Source: Candidatus Dadabacteria bacterium
GTDB lineage: Bacteria; Desulfobacterota_D; UBA1144; Nemesobacterales; CSP1-2
Reading direction: 5' to 3'
Assembly: GCA_040289575.1 (NCBI GenBank)
Contig: PSLL01000004.1
Span: 1 to 12,217 of the forward strand
Length of the DNA: 12,217 nt
Shown here: positions 7,624 through 12,217 of the stretch, one piece after another
Numbering within the stretch: the stretch's first letter is position 1
How the letters are laid out: each line of letters starts with the position of its first letter
Notes under the pieces: generated by a model
What the model was told of the DNA's origin: nothing
The model's database searches: none
What the model saw: only the letters and a program-made list of their open reading frames with translations
Program-made: the position numbers and the translations under genes

Positions 7624-10401
7624 TCAAGAAAAATACTTGTCATAAATCTTCCTTATCTGCTCGGTCTTGGAACTGTATATCTCTTTTAATTTTTCACCGT
7701 TTTCTTTCATATCCAGCTCGAGCGCAAGTTTATGAAAGTCGTTCTCATAGATCTCGCTTATAGACCTGTCATGGAGAAGTCTAAGCAGATTCTCAAGCTT
7801 CCTTAGAAAATAGAACCCATCCTTTAATATAAGAAACTCCTTTTCTTCTATTACCCCGAACCTCCATAACCCCTCAAGAGCCGCTAGTGTATTTTGTCTC
7901 CTTATGCCCTCATAGTAACGCCCGAATCTAAGCTGAAGCATCTGAACAAGAAACTCTATATCCACTATGCCGCCCCTTCCGGTTTTAAGGTTTAGTTTGA
8001 GATTATCTTCTCTTGCGATTTCTCTCTCGATCCTGGCGCGCAAGTGATAAATCTCTTTATGAAAATCCATTTCAATAGGTTTTTCATAGACAAAATATTC
8101 AACTGTTTTCATAACCTCTCTCCCCAAATCCATATTTCCGGCAGACGGCCTCCCTTTAATGAGAGCCTGTCTTTCCCAGAGTTTTGCGCTATCCTGATGG
8201 TATCTCTTGAAAGATTCAAACGATGAAACAAGTGCTCCTGCTCTTCCCGATGGCCTTAGTCTCATATCAATCTTGTATGCAAACCCCTCATTTGTGGGAA
8301 TTGAAAGAACGGATATGATTTTCTGACCCAGTCTTGAGAAGAACTCATGCTCGTCCCCTTCATATATGAAAATTAGGTCGAGGTCGGAATTATAACTCAT
8401 CTCCATACCGCCCAATTTTCCCATACCAAGTATTACCATATTGGATGCATTCCCTTTTCTTCCCGTCTTAGCTCCGACAATTTCACCAGCAAGAGCAAGT
8501 CCCACCTCAAGAATCGCCTCGGCAATCATAGAGAGATAATTTCCGACATAGACCGGGTCTACCTCACGATTTAAATCCGCGAGGCAGAGCTTAAGCGTCT
8601 CTACATGCTTAAACCTCCTTATTACATTCAGTTTTCCTTCGTATTCTCTCTCTTCATTTATGATTCTTTTAAGCTCTTCAACCATCTCTTCTTTTGAGGC
8701 AAAATCCCTTGTGCCTTTTATAGTGAGCACGTCGAGATATTCGGGATGCCTTATCAAGAAATTCGAAAGGTAGACGCTTGTTGAAAAAAGCCTGGAAAGT
8801 AGCTTAAGTATATCAGGATTCTCCGCAAGAAGGGCATAAATGAATGTTCGCCAACCGATTCCGGATATAAACCTCTCAAGGTTTCCGAGCGCAGCGTCGG
8901 GATCAGGCGAGGCTATAACCTCACCTAAAAATGCCGGTATTACCCTCCTTGCAAGAATCCTTCCCCTCTGTGTGAGCACGACCCTCTTTGAGTCAAGAAG
9001 AGTGGATATAATCTCAATTGCACTCTCAGTATATTTAAATCCCAAGTTTCTTAAATTCTCAATCGCTTTATCCCGAGGAACATTTCCTTCCGCTAGGAAA
9101 TCGGCAAGCTCCCAGAATGCCCTTCCTCCCTCCTCAATCCTCTTTGACGGCTCATAAAAGAGCTGCCCATATATTCGAGAAACATGAGAGGTTATTTCAT
9201 TGTAGTATTTCTCAAATTCCTCTACATCTTTAAAACCCAACACCTTTGCAAGTCTAAGGAGACCATTGGGATCATCAGGTAATTCGTGTGTCTGAAGCTC
9301 ATCTGCTAATTGTATTCCATGTTCTGCCTTCCTTAAAAAGAGATATGATACGCTGAGTGTCTGAAAGACATCCTCATCAATAATCCTTCTTTGTCTAAGC
9401 TTCTCTAGGGCCTTTAATGTATTCTTTTCTCTCAGATCCTCCATCGCCCCCCCGTTTATAAGTTGAAGCGCCTGCACAAAGAACTCTATCTCCCGAATCC
9501 CCCCCCTTCCGAGCTTTACGTCTCGCGCTCTGTGGAGCCTGTCGAGTTTAGCCTTCATATCCTTTAGGTCTTCAACCGACATATAATCGAGGTGCTTTCT
9601 GTATATAAAAGGCTCAATCTCTTTGTTGAATTCACTCCCAAGTGAAATGTCTCCTGCAATGGGCCTTGCTTTTATAAGCGCAGCCCTTTCCCATGTATCG
9701 CCCCAATAAAAGTAGTGCTCAAGAGCGCCTTCAAATGAAAGCGCGATAGGGCTTTTTCCTCCTCCGGGGCGGAGTCCAAGATCAACTCTATAGAGAAAGC
9801 CGTCTTCTGTAATGGCACTGAGCGATTTAGTGATTCTCTCAGCAAGCTTAAAGAAACCATCGGGTTTTGTTGAGTCTTCGTAAATATAGATCAGATCAAC
9901 ATCTGAACTCAGGTTGAGTTCCCTTCCCCCGAGTTTTCCCATACCAATTATGACGAATCTTCCATGAACTGATTTCTTGATCTCTCTTCTAAAAAATATA
10001 AACGTCGCTTCTAAAATGCCGCTTGCCAGGTCTGAGAGTTCTTCCATTGTTTCCGGAAAGGTCTCTAGATTCATTATGTCCCGGTAGACGATCCTCGATA
10101 ACTCTCTATACTTGTATCGCCTTAGCCCGGACATAAGATCCTCTACGGATTTAGAACGCCCCGCAATTGCTGTAGATTCGTCAATGAATTTTTCAGGCGG
10201 TTTTCTCCACCGGAGGAACTCCGACCTAAGCAGGACATTTAGAATCTCGGGGTCTTTTATTAGAGTCCTTCCAAGAAATCGGCTGTATGAGGAAATCGTA
10301 TAGAGGAAAGCCTCTTTCTCCGGTGAGATTCCTTTATGGACCTCTTTAAAACGCTTCAGTACGTTTTCTGCGTTTTCCGCATCTGGAAAGACACTATTCA
10401 A
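7624..10401 (-). CDS. glnE: Bifunctional glutamine synthetase adenylyltransferase/adenylyl-removing enzyme
   Basis: 925 aa with two nucleotidyltransferase halves: GMGKLGGRELNLSSDVDLIY...YRVDLGLRP...WERAALIKAR...KLGRGGIREIEFFVQ and GMGKLGGMEMSYNSDLDLIF...IDMRLRPSG...WERQALIK...KTGRGGIVDIEFLVQ. The TTG start overlaps the upstream gene by 8 nt; exact start uncertain. Confidence 0.96.
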   Translation of the reverse strand: MNSVFPDAENAENVLKRFKEVHKGISPEKEAFLYTISSYSRFLGRTLIKDPEILNVLLRSEFLRWRKPPEKFIDESTAIAGRSKSVEDLMSGLRRYKYRELSRIVYRDIMNLETFPETMEELSDLASGILEATFIFFRREIKKSVHGRFVIIGMGKLGGRELNLSSDVDLIYIYEDSTKPDGFFKLAERITKSLSAITEDGFLYRVDLGLRPGGGKSPIALSFEGALEHYFYWGDTWERAALIKARPIAGDISLGSEFNKEIEPFIYRKHLDYMSVEDLKDMKAKLDRLHRARDVKLGRGGIREIEFFVQALQLINGGAMEDLREKNTLKALEKLRQRRIIDEDVFQTLSVSYLFLRKAEHGIQLADELQTHELPDDPNGLLRLAKVLGFKDVEEFEKYYNEITSHVSRIYGQLFYEPSKRIEEGGRAFWELADFLAEGNVPRDKAIENLRNLGFKYTESAIEIISTLLDSKRVVLTQRGRILARRVIPAFLGEVIASPDPDAALGNLERFISGIGWRTFIYALLAENPDILKLLSRLFSTSVYLSNFLIRHPEYLDVLTIKGTRDFASKEEMVEELKRIINEEREYEGKLNVIRRFKHVETLKLCLADLNREVDPVYVGNYLSMIAEAILEVGLALAGEIVGAKTGRKGNASNMVILGMGKLGGMEMSYNSDLDLIFIYEGDEHEFFSRLGQKIISVLSIPTNEGFAYKIDMRLRPSGRAGALVSSFESFKRYHQDSAKLWERQALIKGRPSAGNMDLGREVMKTVEYFVYEKPIEMDFHKEIYHLRARIEREIAREDNLKLNLKTGRGGIVDIEFLVQMLQLRFGRYYEGIRRQNTLAALEGLWRFGVIEEKEFLILKDGFYFLRKLENLLRLLHDRSISEIYENDFHKLALELDMKENGEKLKEIYSSKTEQIRKIYDKYFS

Positions 10402-10675
10402 TCTTAACCTTCCTCGTCTTCTTCCTGCGGGTTTTAGATCTTGGGGGCTTGGTCTCTTTAGATGACCTTAGTATATCAAATGGATTTGTCATCAAATCCA
10501 TCCCCGTTTTGATAAACTTTAGGGCAAAATCGGCGGCGAGTTTTCTTCCTTCTCTCTGCCCTAAAAGGTTCCTCACGCCTTTTATGGCAAACCCCGCCCC
10601 TATAATGCTCTCAGTGGTAGCCCTTATAAAATGGTCTCTTGCCTTCTCCAGATCGGTTAGGTTTCTTTTCTTCAT
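10394..10675 (-). CDS. Small basic hypothetical protein (93 aa), probably translationally coupled to glnE
   Basis: ATG start preceded by an extended -10. Amphipathic helical N-terminal part, Lys/Arg-rich tail ending RKVKIE, and the stop overlaps the glnE start. Confidence 0.75.
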   Translation of the reverse strand: MKKRNLTDLEKARDHFIRATTESIIGAGFAIKGVRNLLGQREGRKLAADFALKFIKTGMDLMTNPFDILRSSKETKPPRSKTRRKKTRKVKIE

Positions 10676-10681
10676 ATCTCA

Positions 10682-10690
10682 ATTTTACCA
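10682..10690 (-). promoter_or_regulatory. Extended -10 promoter, probably giving a leaderless transcript
   Basis: TGgTAAAAT (10690-10682) ends 6 nt before ATG 10675 and there is no Shine-Dalgarno sequence. A second TATAAT lies at 10712-10707. Confidence 0.5.
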
Positions 10691-10726
10691 TAAACTAGCT
10701 CTGTATATTATAGTCGGTTTTGAAAA

Positions 10727-10898
10727 GTCTCTTATCCGAGCCTAGAGGAAAAAGACTATACCGAAGGCGAGGTTCGCAAGATGCGCGAACCCCAGCCAAA
10801 TTGCACACGTCGCTGCGTGTCGTTTGGAAAAAGATGGAGATAAGCACCTGCCCCGAAAGTGGAAAGCCAATGAAACAAATTTGTAATTAATAAGAGAC
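10727..10898. other. 172-bp structured element bounded by 9-bp inverted repeats (MITE-like element or structured RNA)
   Basis: GTCTCTTAT (10727-10735) and ATAAGAGAC (10890-10898) are exact reverse complements. Internal hairpins at 10766-10797 and 10796-10827; direct repeat GGAAAAAGA at 10747-10755 and 10826-10834. GC-richer than its flanks. Confidence 0.45.
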
Positions 10899-11011
10899 CT
10901 CTTCGTACTATGGTTTTTGATTTTTCCTCCGAATTTTGTTCCTACGTAGTTAGTTCAATGTGCTCGTTCCTTAGACACCGTTATATTGTAGGTAGTACCA
11001 CTTAAGATTAG

Positions 11012-11092
11012 GTTCTAGTGAAATGAGAAAGTGAAGTCAATGAGACTTTAGCCTTAGGAATTTTCGGGGTTTTCTGGGACTTTAGTTCTAGG
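11012..11092 (-). promoter_or_regulatory. Sigma-70-like promoter with two upstream imperfect palindromic operator-like boxes
   Basis: TTGACT (11040-11035)-N17-TAGAAC (11017-11012). Boxes TGAGACTTTAGCCTTAGG (11041-11058) and TGGGACTTTAGTTCTAGG (11075-11092) are identical at 14 of 18 positions. Confidence 0.5.
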
Positions 11093-11111
11093 GCTAGGTT
11101 TAGAAATATTC

Positions 11112-11371
11112 TCACCAAGGCGGTTTAATGGCAGGGTTAAGTCTACTGCTAACACCGAGCTTGTTAAATACGTTCCCTAAATGGTTCTTTACTGTATTCT
11201 CACTATCTAGGTTAGGTATAGCTGTATCAATAAAAAAACGCCCGGCTTCTTTTGCTCAACAAGCAGAATAACCTCCAAACAATTTGAAGTCTTAGCTATT
11301 ATCTTTATGTCTTTTTCAGGTTCCAGGATTCGGTCAATTCCCCCTAGAAAGAGAACAGAGAAAACCACCAC
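11112..11371 (-). pseudogene. NarL/LuxR-family response regulator pseudogene (frameshift plus large internal deletion)
   Basis: Manual translation: VLFLGGIDRILEPEKDIKIIAKTSNCLEVILLVEQKKPGVF, a frameshift in the T7 run (11238-11232), then IDTAIPNLD joined directly to SENTVKNHLGNVFNKLGVSSRL...W-stop. This is the first half of a receiver domain fused to the last helices of a LuxR HTH. Confidence 0.85.
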
Positions 11372-11373
11372 AT

Positions 11374-11417
11374 AAATAAAAAGAGGGGAACCTCTATTCC
11401 GGAAGCTCCCCTCTTTT
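11374..11417 (-). terminator. Rho-independent terminator of the radical SAM gene (potentially bidirectional)
   Basis: Minus-strand RNA AAAAGAGGGGAGCUUC-CGGAAUA-GAGGUUCCCCUCUUUUU-AUUU, beginning 23 nt after the stop at 11441; U-tracts exist on both strands. Confidence 0.88.
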
Positions 11418-11440
11418 AAATCAGATTGGGCTATTCGTAA

Positions 11441-12217
11441 TTAATGTCCACGGTGGGCCTCGCCGCCACAGCATCCGCCGCTTTCGGCTTCTGCCCTTAC
11501 CTCTTCGACATTGATCTTCATCTTCTTTGCAAGCTGTTTGAGCTCCTTCGGGAAGTTCTCGGCCTTCATCTTCTCAATCACCTGCTCTGCAGCCAGACGA
11601 TACCGGCTCTCCGTTCTTTCTCTAAATACCATTCCGGTATTGTATGTGCAGAAGGGATATATAAAGCCATTTGGGGTCACATAATGAATGACGCATCTCC
11701 TGACCCTTTCGATGCTGTAGTTGTAGTTATCCATAAAGTGCATCCCAGCAGCAAATACAGACGGATAACCATCAAATTTACCGAGGTTGACCCTTCTTCT
11801 AGTCTTGTTTTCATAACCATCCAGTGTCTTGAGGAATCCCTCAAATGTAAGCCCCTTGGGGGCATTCTCCTGTTTGAAATACCTCCTTAGTCTGAGAAAG
11901 GAGGCTGAAGTTCGAGCCGGGCTTTATCTGATTTGAGATGTCATTTACTTCATTAAGCAATCCCTCCATATCCACAAACCTGGATACGGGAACAACCCTG
12001 CCCGTTCCCTTTTCCAAGAATAGATATGTCCCCATAGAGCAGTGTGGATGACATGAAACCGTAAGCGATGGTTTCCCCTTGAGCGCTCCTACGAGCCTGC
12101 CAAGGGGCACAGAACACGCCATTGGAAACCAATCCTCCTTTGCATTTACATACCCCGTCTGTTTCTCTACGTCATGTGCAAGGTCACCCAATGTGTATCT
12201 CATTGCCATTCTCTGCT
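11441..12217 (-). pseudogene. Radical SAM enzyme of the Tes/GDGT-MAS (MJ0619, tetraether lipid synthase-like) family, C-terminal part, interrupted by one frameshift near 11890; 5'-truncated by the window
   Basis: Frame A: RYTLGDLAHDVEKQTG...DWFP...SCHPHCSMGTYLF...VPVSRFVDMEGLL. Frame B is open from 11923 to 11441: LRRYFKQENAPKGLTF...AAGMHFMDNYNYSIERVRRCVIHYVTPNGFIYPFCTYN. Both motif sets belong to the same family. The break could be real or a sequence error. Confidence 0.82.

Noticed and set aside
7517..7627. 37-aa N-terminal extension of the phosphodiesterase ORF
   Set aside because: It passes through the REP-like hairpin and precedes the first conserved strand of the fold; ATG 7516 is more plausible.
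512..10745. Short antisense or overlapping ORFs in the track (e.g. 1340-1651, 2255-2563, 4016-4558, 6455-6958, 8840-9157, 10449-10745)
   Set aside because: All overlap well-supported genes and show no recognisable motifs; they are treated as shadow ORFs.
10732..10890. Plus-strand peptide LSEPRGKRLYRRR..., faintly like the C-terminus of IS1182/IS5 transposases
   Set aside because: The resemblance covers about 10 residues and the expected downstream catalytic Glu motif is absent, so it is too weak to call a transposase remnant.
10727..10898. SAM-I riboswitch, suggested by CTCTTATC...ATAAGAG ends
   Set aside because: The 3' strand lacks GATAA, the kink-turn/pseudoknot and GCAACC...GTGC core are missing, and no + strand gene lies downstream.
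11083..11103. TAG recurring every 6 nt, within a generally TAG-rich stretch (10947-11220)
   Set aside because: Only four units with variable spacers, partly overlapping the operator-like box. TAGs across the stretch fall in different frames, so there is no case for stop-codon recoding or an array.
11444..11890. 148-aa plus-strand ORF and 62-aa minus-strand ORF (11677-11865)
   Set aside because: These are antisense and alternative-frame shadows of the Tes-like coding region.
11881..11901. Programmed +1 frameshift at CTT-TCT, with a perfect TAAGGAGGT nearby
   Set aside because: Unlike prfB there is no stop codon at the slip site and the SD-like sequence lies downstream of it. No in-frame start follows the SD at a usable distance.
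1..12217. CRISPR array, tRNA, rRNA, intact transposase or defence system
   Set aside because: No regularly spaced repeats, cloverleaf or rRNA signatures, or relevant protein motifs were seen by eye.

Overview
Bacterial chromosomal window with a compact housekeeping core and a more interesting, partly decayed right end. From left to right: the 3' end of a sigma-70 family factor, recN, a pyruvoyl-dependent arginine decarboxylase (minus strand), carD, and a DUF58 plus BatA/VWA membrane-protein pair with no adjacent MoxR ATPase. A minus-strand run follows: a 93-aa hypothetical protein, glnE, and an alkaline-phosphatase-superfamily phosphodiesterase, with a GTAG-type REP-like hairpin between the last two. 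The 765-bp ORF-free gap (10676-11440) is not empty. It holds a frameshifted, internally deleted NarL/LuxR response-regulator relic missed by the ORF track, tandem operator-like boxes abutting a sigma-70-like promoter, an orphan RBS, and a 172-bp inverted-repeat-bounded structured element. The two ORFs at the right end are one frameshifted gene: the C-terminal part of a radical-SAM enzyme of the tetraether synthase (Tes/GDGT-MAS, MJ0619) family. All family calls come from motifs recognised by eye; no database searches were run.
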